Below are positions 15,528-27,240 of a stretch of DNA of 64,000 nucleotides, piece after piece. The notes under the pieces were generated by a model, which saw nothing but the letters and a program-made list of their open reading frames with translations, was not told the DNA's origin and did no database searches. A program made the translations under genes and the position numbers. The DNA comes from Eledone cirrhosa. Taxonomy: Eukaryota. Within the stretch, counting starts at the first letter, position 1. Each line of letters opens with the position of its first letter. The stretch is taken from the NCBI GenBank assembly GCA_964016885.1, contig OZ024753.1, forward strand, positions 5,890,001 to 5,954,000. Reading direction: 5' to 3'.

Positions 15528-15867
15528 GTGTATATATGTATGTATGTATATATATGTATGTATGTATATGTATGTATATGTATGTATATATGTATGTATG
15601 TATGTATATGTATGTATGTATGTATATATATGTATGTATGTATATGTATGTATGTATATATATGTATGTATATGTATGTATGTATATGTATGTATGTATG
15701 TATATGTATGTATGTATGTATATGTATGTATATGTATGTATGTATGTATATGTATGTATGTATGTATATGTATGTATGTATGTATATGTATGTATGTATG
15801 TGTATGTATGTATGTATGTGTATGTATGTATGTATATATATGTATGTATGTATATATATGTATGTAT
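10036..15867. repeat. ~5.8 kb TG-interrupted (TA)n/(TATG)n array
   Basis: Direct inspection; source of the 600-1900 aa artefact ORFs. Confidence 0.97.
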
Positions 15868-15941
15868 GGCCACTTCCATATTATATGGTGGGTTATACCA
15901 ACAAATGCGACGGGATGTATTTCTTCTCGGTCTATTTTCGT

Positions 15942-16141
15942 NNNNNNNNNNNNNNNNNNNNNNNNNNNNNNNNNNNNNNNNNNNNNNNNNNNNNNNNNNN
16001 NNNNNNNNNNNNNNNNNNNNNNNNNNNNNNNNNNNNNNNNNNNNNNNNNNNNNNNNNNNNNNNNNNNNNNNNNNNNNNNNNNNNNNNNNNNNNNNNNNNN
16101 NNNNNNNNNNNNNNNNNNNNNNNNNNNNNNNNNNNNNNNNN
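15942..16141. other. Assembly gap (200 N)
   Basis: Run of n characters. Confidence 1.
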
Positions 16142-17245
16142 TACTTAAATGTATATATATATAATATGTATATGTGTATATGTATATGTATATATATATA
16201 AATATGTATATGTGTATATGTATATGTATATATATAAATATGTATATGTGTATATGTATATGTATATATATATAAATATGTATATGTGTATATGTATATG
16301 TATATATATATAAATATGTATATATATATAAATATGTATATATATATAAATATGTATATATATATAAATATGTATATGTATATATAAATATGTATATGTA
16401 TATATAAATATGTATATGTATATATAAATATGTATATATATATATGTATATATAAATATGTATATAAATATGTATATATATATATGTATATATAAATATG
16501 TATATGTGTATATGTATATGTATATATATATGTGTATATGTATATATATATATATATGTGTATATGTGTATATATATATGTGTATATGCGTATATGTATA
16601 TGTATATATATATGTGTATATGTATATGTATATATATATGTGTATATGTATATGTATATATATGTGTATATGTATATGTATATATATATGTGTATATGTA
16701 TATGTATATATATATGTGTATATGTATATGTATATATATATGTGTATATGTATATGTATATATATATGTGTATATGTATATGTATATATATATGTGTATA
16801 TGTATATATATATATATGTGTATATGTATATATATATATGTCTATATGTATATGTATATATATATGTGTATATGTATATATATGTGTGTATATGTGTATA
16901 TGTATATATATATGTGTATATGTATATATATGTATATGTATATATATATGTGTATATGTCTATATATATGTGTATATGTATATATATATGTGTATATGTA
17001 TATATATATATGTGTATATGTATATATATATGTATATATGTATATATATATATGTGTATATGTATATATATATGTATATATGTATATATATATATGTGTA
17101 TATGTATATATATATATGTGTATATGTATATATATATATGTGTATATGCATATGTATATATATATGTATATATATGTATATACACACACACACAGACACA
17201 CATATACACACACCCACCCACACACATACACATACATATATATAC

Positions 17246-17277
<32 letters not shown>
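16142..17277. repeat. (TA)n/TATG/TGTG compound microsatellite
   Basis: Direct inspection. Confidence 0.95.
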
Positions 17278-17283
<6 letters not shown>

Positions 17284-18908
17284 AAATTCCTTATTGAGTG
17301 ATTTTGGTTTCACTTCCCGACAGTATTCGTTAGCTTGCCCGCAACCAGAGCTTCGATTATACTGTACTACCTTCTTGTATATATATATATATATTATATA
17401 TATATATATATAAATATTTATGAGTGTGTGTGGGGGCGTATATGCATTTCAATACTTGTTAGGATTTTCGGATCACGATCACACACACACGTGCGTGCGT
17501 GTGTGTGTGTATGTTTATAATATTCGATCGGTCAGTTAGGAGAAGTTTCTCCCCAGGTAACATTGAATGGCAACTGGAGACATTTAAATATAACCTGTGT
17601 AAATTCGTAACTGTTACAACCTTTGCTAATTTCACGTCCATAGTTGAGAATAGTTTTTTATTGAGTAATGCATTTGTATTTTGGTTTTATATTCTTTTAT
17701 GAAGAAATCAATTTTCTCAGTTAAACTATTCACATTGATTTCATATTTATTTTGTCTTTTTCTGTCTTCGCTGTATCAATTTACTTCGTTTATTTTTTAG
17801 TTTATTGTATGCTGGCATTAATAAACGTCAATCTTATTATCAATAGTGATGAAAAGCAGAACAGTTAATCAATGTTAATTAAAGACAACGAAAACTTCGG
17901 AATTAAGTGGAAGGTGTTGCACAGATTACTGAATTTACACTACCAACGAAATTGCTTCAGATTTTTCTCGTAATGTCTGGGTGCAAACGCAAGTTGGTTT
18001 TCGCTTTTGTTCACACCTCTTCACTTTCGTTTTTATCACCACGGCTTTCCGAAAGAGTTCAGGTATATGTGTAAATTTCTCTGTATAGCTTCCATATTGT
18101 AGAATTGATTACTATCGAAAGCATGAGCCGAGGCATCGCGGGAATGATGTAATCATATGTATCCATCCTTGTCACAGATTTCCAACGAGAAATATTTTTC
18201 AGTGATATCTTAGATTTTTGTATCATAGATTATATAAATAAAATAAAATGCAGTCGTGTAGTGATGTATATAAACCTCCACTGAAACGTTGCAACCTTAC
18301 GAATAAGGAATTCAAAATAATAAATGTAATATTGTATCCTCCCCGATTAGGACAAGGAAGCTTTGTCTAAAGTTGCAAGAAGGAATGTTTTATTGAATTT
18401 ACATTCGCCGATAGGGAGTATAAGACGATATTTCCAATGGTGGATTTAATCATAACGTATACAGATTTCTCAGAAAAATCTATTCTATTATGGGTATCAC
18501 CACACTCATATCTATATCTATATTTGACGCTTTTACCACAGTTCCCCTAGGTAAATGATATATTCCCCAAAATATTTCCTATCGATCAAGTTTAGTTTCT
18601 GGTTAACATTCCATTTAAGGAAATAAATGTATGTAAAACAAAGCTAGAAAATTATTAATTCCTTAGACTATTTTGGTTCCACAGAAGTAAAAATTAGTAA
18701 CAGAAATAATTCACAGAATTTAACCTATCAATAATATTAATACATATGATAAAAATATTTGACGAATCTGCTACGCCTGCCCTTTAATGAATTAATGAGA
18801 TTCGCTGAAATCCTGGTAGTCGTAAGAAAAAATCTGTAACTAAATAGCACTACTATCAACTACTATATATCATTTATGGCCGTCTACATGCACGCACCCA
18901 ACCCCCAT

Positions 18909-18977
18909 ACACACACACACATACATACATACATACATACATACATACATACATACATACATACATACATACATACA

Positions 18978-19006
<29 letters not shown>
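18909..19006. repeat. (CA)n then perfect (CATA)n microsatellite
   Basis: Direct inspection. Confidence 0.95.
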
Positions 19007-19009
<3 letters not shown>

Positions 19010-19055
19010 GAATTGGCGCTCTGAAATAGCTATATATATATATGAATGTATATAT

Positions 19056-19275
19056 AGTGTATTTTGCAATACACTGTATGCACCTGATTTTTAGCAAACA
19101 GGTGGGGTACTTGGCTTTGATAAGTACCAATCAGTACGAAACATAGCTCTATCAGCTTTATCTCCCCTTGGTTGCTGAACATTTAAAGTGATTGAGACTG
19201 TCACTAATCTAAAACAATAGCATAAGATCTTCCAAATACTTTTAATTAAGCATACAGTGTATTGCAAAATACACT
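19056..19275 (+). mobile_element. 220-bp element with perfect 26-bp terminal inverted repeats and a degenerate U3-A8 hammerhead-like core
   Basis: AGTGTATTTTGCAATACACTGTATGC at 19056-19081 is the reverse complement of 19250-19275; internal TTGATAA-GTAC caatca GTAC-GAAAC at 19117-19142. Confidence 0.7.
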
Positions 19276-19308
19276 CTCTCTCTTTCTCTCTCTCTATCTC
19301 TCTCTATA

Positions 19309-19340
<32 letters not shown>

Positions 19341-19393
19341 ATAGGTATAAATTTAAGTTGTAACCGCAATATAATTTATATATATGTATATGA

Positions 19394-19442
19394 GCTTTCT
19401 GATGATTTCTCCCGAATGAAACAGTTCTAGTCCTGTAGAAGC
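19394..19442 (+). ncRNA. Type-I hammerhead ribozyme motif (family B, copy 1)
   Basis: GCTTT-CTGATGA-T-TTC tccc GAA-T-GAAA-CAG ttctagtc CTG-TA-GAAGC; all three stems pair; GUA cleavage triplet. Confidence 0.8.
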
Positions 19443-19446
19443 CATT

Positions 19447-20277
<831 letters not shown>

Positions 20278-20478
20278 GTAGTTTAAGATGAAGGAAACAA
20301 GAGAAGAGAGCCTTCATCAGCTGTAAACCGCATATCATAGATGTTTCGGCGCTTAATACAGGACGTCTATGATCTGCGGTTTACAGGTGATGAAGGATTT
20401 CTTCTCTTGTTTCGTCATACTACCATCCTAAACTTTGTTTATATTAACCACACAGCTCATTTGGTTTCTTATAATTTC
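20278..20478 (+). mobile_element. TA-embedded asymmetric palindrome (diverged arms ~20280-20344 and 20363-20434)
   Basis: GAAACAAGAGAAG..ATCATAGATGT mirrors ACGTCTATGAT..CTTCTCTTGTTTC; ~45-bp tail then TA; CTGATGAAGG and GAAAC motifs on the minus strand of the left arm. Confidence 0.8.
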
Positions 20479-21110
20479 ATATATATATATACAGAGGAAA
20501 AATAGTATTCTTCAGTAAAATAGAATATGTAATGTCTGATTTCCTCACTGCATCGCGTGTCAAACTATTTCGGTTTTGAACTGTACTTAGTTTTTACTTC
20601 TCCTAGAAATGCAACACTTCAAGAGTATTAAGCCACTCTAGCTTATTCTCCAAGTCATTTGATGTTTCTTTATTGTTAGGTCTACCATCTTAGTCTTCAG
20701 CAATATCATTATCATCATAAACACAATCACCATTGTAATCCATATCACCATGTTCCTTCCACTGGCACTTCCTATCCACCCACAACCAGCCGCATATTCA
20801 ATACCATCACAATGTATGCGCTTAAAACTTTCTATTCCTCACCCTACCATCATACACATTGCCATCCATATCTTCAGCGTCAGCATATGCATTACAATCC
20901 TTCTCAACCCCTCTTCATCTCCGTTCACTTTCTCATTATCTTCATCACAACCATCAACACACTCATCATTATGATTTTCCTCCCCATCGTCCTCCTTCTA
21001 TGCCTTCTCCCCATCATCATTGTCTTCATTAATTTCTTTGTTTTTCTCTTTTCTCGTAAAATATCCCTCTAATTATTGCATGATTAGTATCGTCTTTTCT
21101 ATTTTCTGAG

Positions 21111-21364
21111 GAAATTTTACGTTTGACACGAAAGGTCAGCAGCAAGATTGTCACGATGTGTACACCGAATACAAATATTCAATTAGGTTAAGAGTAATCC
21201 TATTAGCTAATTAAGGGAAGTTCATATAAATTGTCGTGCTAACGCATTAATGAACTAATCATGGGGAAAATTTACTCTACTACCTGGCTACAGTTCCTTT
21301 ATGATATGCATTCTTTATATCTTCACTTCTATTCACATACAAATCGACCAGTGAGAAAAATTAA
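21111..21364. repeat. Local duplicated non-coding segment, copy 1 (copy 2 at 23484-23740)
   Basis: Both start GAAATTTTACGTTTGACACGAAAGGTCA and are colinear through CTGGCTACAGTTC; roughly 75% identity by eye. Confidence 0.85.
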
Positions 21365-22058
21365 CAAATTTTAATTTGGATTCACAATAATTAGAAAAAT
21401 ATTACCTTCTATTTCATTACAAATAGAACACAGAGATGTGGGCAAATTTTCAACAATATTAAATCAAATCGAGGAAAGGGTAGAGATGTTGCCCATAATA
21501 TTTGTTTAAATTAAACTAAATAATTATTGAGCAAATTAATTAGGGGATTATTTAAAATGAAGATATAATTGAGTGACAATGAACATTTGAAAGCATTATG
21601 CCAAAATTACCAAAATCTAAAGTGACTTAAATATCCAGATAAAGAAATGCAACGTCATGTTTTATTTTAAATGTTTCAGTAATATAAGGCTTCATCAGTG
21701 AGCCTGTATATAATTTGTTTTCTCTTTCAACACTGAAAGTTTAATGTCGTTTATCAGTCGATGAAGCCTAAGTTGAAAATTTGAACAGACTAAATATATT
21801 CTTCATGTCTCTCGGGAGAATCCCATGGGAAAATAAGAGAAAAAGGCATCAGGTATATCAGTTAGTAGTTAGAAAGCATTAGGATCTCAAAGGTTAAGCA
21901 GGAACACAGGTTGAAAATTTTCTCGGAGAAACGCGCGACCTCGAGTATGGTTTGGTAATTTGTTGTGGAATTAACTCTTTCTCTCCCACTCTCTCTCTTT
22001 CTAATATATATTTATATATATATATACATATATATACACAGTATATATATATATATAT

Positions 22059-22330
22059 AGTTATTGATAAGGCGAAACCCACTGATGAAGCCGCATGCAC
22101 CGATTGTGCATTGTTGCATAATAATAAATGCAGACAGTGGTTGCTGTGTAATATATCACTGCATTAATCGTGGCCGAAACTCGAGTACATATAGATTGAA
22201 GATACCCATTTACGTGTGTTGTATTGAAGCGAGTAACTGTCTACTCAGGGATTTTACATAACATTACCTATTGAGTACGCTGAGATGCAACTGGTACTAA
22301 CAGTGAAACCAATGCTAGTTCCGTCAACGT
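22059..22330 (+). mobile_element. TA-embedded island with a hammerhead-like core and ~85-nt stem-II insertion
   Basis: CTGATGA-A-GCCGC (22082) ... GTGGC-C-GAAA-CTCGAG-TA (to 22187); stem I does not pair locally. Confidence 0.45.
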
Positions 22331-22459
22331 ATTATATATAGACATATATATATAAACTTATTTACTTCATGACATCATGTTAAGTCGTATTTTAACTTGG
22401 TTTTGTTGCAAATGTATATATATATATATATATATATTCATTTATTATTCTTTCCATGG

Positions 22460-22604
22460 CTTTGCAGCATAGAGTTACGGCCCTTTATGATCTGAGTTCA
22501 AATCCCGCCGAGGTTAACTTTGCCTTTCATCCTTACGGGGTCGATAAAATAAAGTACCAGTAATGTACTGGGTAATTGCTGGCCTTGTGCCTAAAGTAGA
22601 AACA
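22460..22604 (+). mobile_element. tRNA-derived SINE, 5'-truncated, with 16-bp TSD
   Basis: B-box GAGTTCAAATCC; ATTATTCTTTCCATGG duplicated at 22444-22459 and 22605-22620. Confidence 0.9.
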
Positions 22605-23069
22605 ATTATTCTTTCCATGGTAGAACAAACTTTTTTTAAAATTTATTTTCATTCAGAAAGATTATGCTTCAACAAATTAAAGAACAATATCAAGATGTAA
22701 AATGCACCAAACACGTCATGCTATTGTTTAACTTGTAAAATAATTAAAGTTCATAATTCTATTCTTTCTACCTCTAGGTCACCTTTCAAATTCTTCTCTT
22801 TCAATTGTAAGAATGTTTTCATATTATTAAGGTTCTATACATTATGTTCGATATCACAACCATCATCATTTTTTGTTCATGTTCATATTTATCTAGGATT
22901 ATCGTCATCATAAACAACAGCTTCTTCACCGTTATCATCATTATCATATACGTAATCAACGTAAACTTCATCATCCACTACACCATACACATCCTTCTGC
23001 CTCTCTGTCTAATCATCCAATATTTGCTCATTATCACCTATCTTTCATTCTCTTTTATTTTATAACCTC

Positions 23070-23300
23070 TCCCAGCTCCTCCTCTGCCTCTTCCTCCTCC
23101 ACCACCACCACCACCTCCTTCTATTTCTCCCAAATCTCATCCTCTCCATACCTCCTCCCACCCTCCTCCTCTCCATACCTCCTCCCACCCTCCTCCTCCT
23201 CGTCTTCCCCATCTTCTTCTCCACCACTTCCTTCACCACCTTTTCCTCCCCTCCATCCTCCCCCTCACACCTCCTCCTCCCCGCTCTTCACTTCCACACC
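23070..23300. repeat. CCT/CCA-rich low-complexity tract
   Basis: Direct inspection. Confidence 0.85.
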
Positions 23301-23483
23301 ATCATCAACACTGTCATAGTCAACATCATGCTTTTTTTTTTTTTTTGTCACTTCCATAACTTTCAACCCCTCTTGCCATTCATTACACACCATATTTTTA
23401 TGCTATTTTCTCGAAAATATTTCTATAATTATTTCATGATAATTATCCCTCCATCTTTTTTTTTCCCATTTTCATTCCATTTT

Positions 23484-23740
23484 GAAATTTTACGTTTGAC
23501 ACGAAAGGTCATCAGAGGGATTATAGTGACGTGTGTCTTGAATACATTATTCAATTAGGTTAAGGGTAATCCTATTAACTAATTAAGCGAATTCCATATA
23601 AAATGACGTGCTAACACATTAATGAAATAATTATTGTGAACATTTACTCAACTATCTGGCTACAGTTCTGATATTTTGTTATCAGCTCTTTATCCGTTTA
23701 CTAATATCCATTTATAAAGTGTCCGGTGAGGAGAAATTAA
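23484..23740. repeat. Local duplicated non-coding segment, copy 2
   Basis: See 21111-21364. Confidence 0.85.
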
Positions 23741-23785
23741 TTACAGCTCCAAAGAATTGAAATTTGAAGTATTATTATTATTGTT

Positions 23786-24412
23786 GGGGATTGGCAGTAT
23801 CGGTAGAAGGTCTAGCGCCATGCTTTGCAGCACAGTTACTGCCCTTTACGTTCTGAGTTCAAATTCCGCCAAGGTTAACTTTGCCTTTCATCCTTACGGG
23901 GTCGATAAAATAAAGTACAGTAACGCACTGGTATCGATTTAATCGACTTTCCCCTCCTCCAAATTGCTGGCCTTGTGCCTATATAAGAAACCATTATTAT
24001 GAGTTCAAATCCCGCCGAGGTTAACTTTGCCTTTCATCCTTACGGGGTCGATAAAATAAAGTACAGTAACGCACTGGTATCGATTTAATCGACTTTCCCC
24101 CTCCTCCAAATTGCTGGCCTTGTGCCTATATAAGAAACCATTATTATGAGTTCAAATCCCGCCGAGGTTAACTTTGCCTTTCATCCCTACGGGGTCGATA
24201 AAATAAAGTACAGTAACGCACTGGTATCGATTTAATCGACTTTCCCCTCCTCCAAATTGCTGGCCTAGTGCCTATATAAGAAACCATTATTATGAGTTCA
24301 AATCCCGCCGAGGTTAACTTTGCCTTTCATCCTTACGGGGTCGATAAAATAAAGTACCAGTAATGCACTGGGTAATTGCTGGCCTTGTGCTAAAAGTAGA
24401 AACAATTATTAT
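23786..24412 (+). mobile_element. SINE tandem array: one head plus four units with 146-147 bp period
   Basis: TGAGTTCAAAT restarts at 23854, 24000, 24147 and 24293. Confidence 0.92.
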
Positions 24413-24861
24413 TATCATTAGTATTACTATTATTGCGCATCATTAGTGCTTTACCGAGACCAGCTCTGTACAACTTGGGTATGAGGCAGTGTAGTTTTTG
24501 CTGATGATGTTTATATTGCATTGATAGTACTGGGACCCACAGGGGTTATGTTACAAGTTGCATAAAGCATATCCAAATCCTGCGTGTACCCCTATGATGG
24601 AACTGGAGTTCCCGTCTTCCGCAAGTTTTGTTCCCATATATTAATACAAAATTCGGTCTGTTGCTATAGGTATTTTACTATAATAATAATTCTGCCTCTG
24701 TCGTAATCTCAACTTACTGCAAGGAAGAGGTCAAGTTGGCCGAACTTTTGGCGGTATTTTCAAGGTGTGAGACGAAAGTGCTCCACACATTCTCGAAACA
24801 AAAGCTCTCTACTAGTCTCTGTAAACAAACGTAACTAACTAATATATACATATATATATAT

Positions 24862-25336
24862 GTAAAGTTATATTTAAAATTGTTGGGTTACAACTAGTAA
24901 ATATTTATAACTGATATAAAAGCACTCGACAAATACTTGGAGTATATTTACAATATTAAATAAATGGAAAACTATATTTATAAAACCATATCTATTTCAT
25001 TATATATATTTCGGGGATATCATATTAACAATATGCTATGCCTTCATCAGACAAAATACAATATAAACAGTTTTATAGATAAATATATTCGACATACCGT
25101 AATAAACATCAACTTCATTTGAAGAGGTTTACTCTAGAGGTTTACTGCTAGAGTAAACCTCTTCAAATGAAGTTGATGTTTATTACGGTATGTCGAATAT
25201 ATTTATCTATAAAACTGTTTATATTGTATTTTGTCTGATGAAGGCATAGCATATTGTTAATATGATATCCCCGAAATATATATAATGAAATAGATATGGT
25301 TTTATAAATATAGTTTTCCATTTATTTAATATTGTA
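24862..25336 (-). mobile_element. TA-embedded asymmetric palindrome, 189-bp perfect arms (24949-25137 and 25148-25336)
   Basis: Arms are exact reverse complements by inspection; 10-nt loop; ~87-bp unpaired tail on the left; TA arrays on both sides. Confidence 0.92.
25227..25292 (+). ncRNA. Type-I hammerhead motif (mirror copy at 24993-25058, minus strand)
   Basis: TATTTTGT-CTGATGA-A-GGCATAGCATATT gtt AATATGATATCCC-C-GAAA-TATATA-TA-ATGAAATA; 8-bp stem I with 2 G.U pairs; long stem II with 2 internal mismatches. Confidence 0.75.
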
Positions 25337-25337
25337 C

Positions 25338-25368
<31 letters not shown>

Positions 25369-25707
25369 TACATATATATATATGTACATATATATATTCA
25401 CTTTATGCCACTGATCTTCCATACGTATGTTGTTAATTTGCTTCTACATCAATCGTCTCGTAGTGGCTTTAAATATGATTATTCAGTTTATTTCATATAT
25501 CTCATTTAATTTGGCTATGGCAGATGGCTAAGATAGGTTTTTTTTTAATTAACTTCGCGTAACGTAATAATATTATTACGATTTAACTGCCGACCCTTTC
25601 AAACTGAGATTAAAGAAATGATTACATGTTTATAGGTAAGATATATGCGTGAGTTACTGTGTATGAAACCCATGTCTATATATTTATTTGCATTTATAAA
25701 TATGTAG

Positions 25708-25761
<54 letters not shown>

Positions 25762-25813
25762 ATACATATATATATATATACATTTATAAAGATATATATA
25801 TGCATTTATATAC

Positions 25814-25846
<33 letters not shown>

Positions 25847-26524
25847 ATGTGTATGTGTGTCTATGTCTGTCTGTTCTCAAAAGTAGAAGACAACATATTT
25901 TGTAAATATATTTCTTTTGTACGTGTAAATAGATTGGTTAATATAAGAAGAAAACAAATTTGGGGAATGAAAAGCAACAATTTAACAAAATAAATCTGCA
26001 AAAATTTATAAGATTCATATTAATAGAAACAGAGAACCTTTTGAAAAATTTTATTGCACGAAATTGCAAAATTCCAATAAACTCAGCTGTATATGTGTAA
26101 TAAAGACCGAACTTACTGAGTTAAATTCATTAAGTTTCTTTCTTAACCTGCGGAATATATTTTATAAGAAGCATACCAATATCTTGCGTAATTCTGTTTT
26201 TCTTTTTTATTGGTGTTTCATTTTAATTGATGTTTCTATGTTTTCATTTAAAATTCATATTGATTGATACCTTTCAATATTTGTATTGATGTTTCGGGAT
26301 ACCATGGGAAACTTTTATTTTGAAAATATGCAATTAAATTCGTTTTGTTGAAACAAACACTAGTTAAATGCATACGCATTTATATATACACATACAAACG
26401 TGACTATATAGTTACAGTACGTACATATGTTTACGCGTAAATAAATGTACCTATATCCATATAATGTTTCACATAAATGTGAATATTACATTTTCAACTA
26501 GATACGATGAATAAATAAAGCGAA

Positions 26525-26547
26525 GCACACACACACACACAGACACA

Positions 26548-26586
<39 letters not shown>

Positions 26587-26603
26587 GTAGGTTTATATAT
26601 AAC

Positions 26604-26641
<38 letters not shown>

Positions 26642-26711
26642 GTAGGTTTATATATAACATATATATATAAATATATATATATACATATATATGTAGGTTT
26701 ATATATGATAT

Positions 26712-26749
<38 letters not shown>

Positions 26750-26824
26750 GTAGGTTTATATATAATATATATATATAAATTATATATATATATATATATG
26801 TAGGTTTATATATAATATATATAT

Positions 26825-26859
<35 letters not shown>

Positions 26860-26929
26860 AGGTTTATATATAATATATATATATAAATTATATATATATA
26901 TATATATACACATGTATATATGTAGGTTT

Positions 26930-26968
<39 letters not shown>

Positions 26969-26989
26969 CACATGTATATATGTAGGTTT

Positions 26990-27034
<45 letters not shown>

Positions 27035-27124
27035 TATATATGTAGGTTTATATATAATATATTTATATAAATATATATATATATATATACATACATATAT
27101 ATATATATGTAGGTTTATATATAT

Positions 27125-27165
<41 letters not shown>

Positions 27166-27240
27166 CACAAACACATACATATATATATATATATATTTAT
27201 ACACAAATACACACATATATAATATATATATATATATGAC
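26525..27240. repeat. (CA)n followed by TGTAGGTTTA-(TA)n minisatellite
   Basis: Core TGTAGGTTTATATAT recurs about 9 times with TA spacers. Confidence 0.9.

Noticed and set aside
1970-17313. Very long Y/I/M/C/V/H/T-rich ORFs (up to 1962 aa)
   Set aside because: Stop-free translations of TA/TG/CA microsatellites, open in several frames and across an N gap.
21673-21698. Minus-strand CTGATGAAGCC..GAAAC hammerhead-like motif
   Set aside because: Stems I and II do not pair; too degenerate to call.
23854-24412. CRISPR-like regular repeats
   Set aside because: Whole units repeat without unique spacers; they are SINE bodies in a eukaryotic context.
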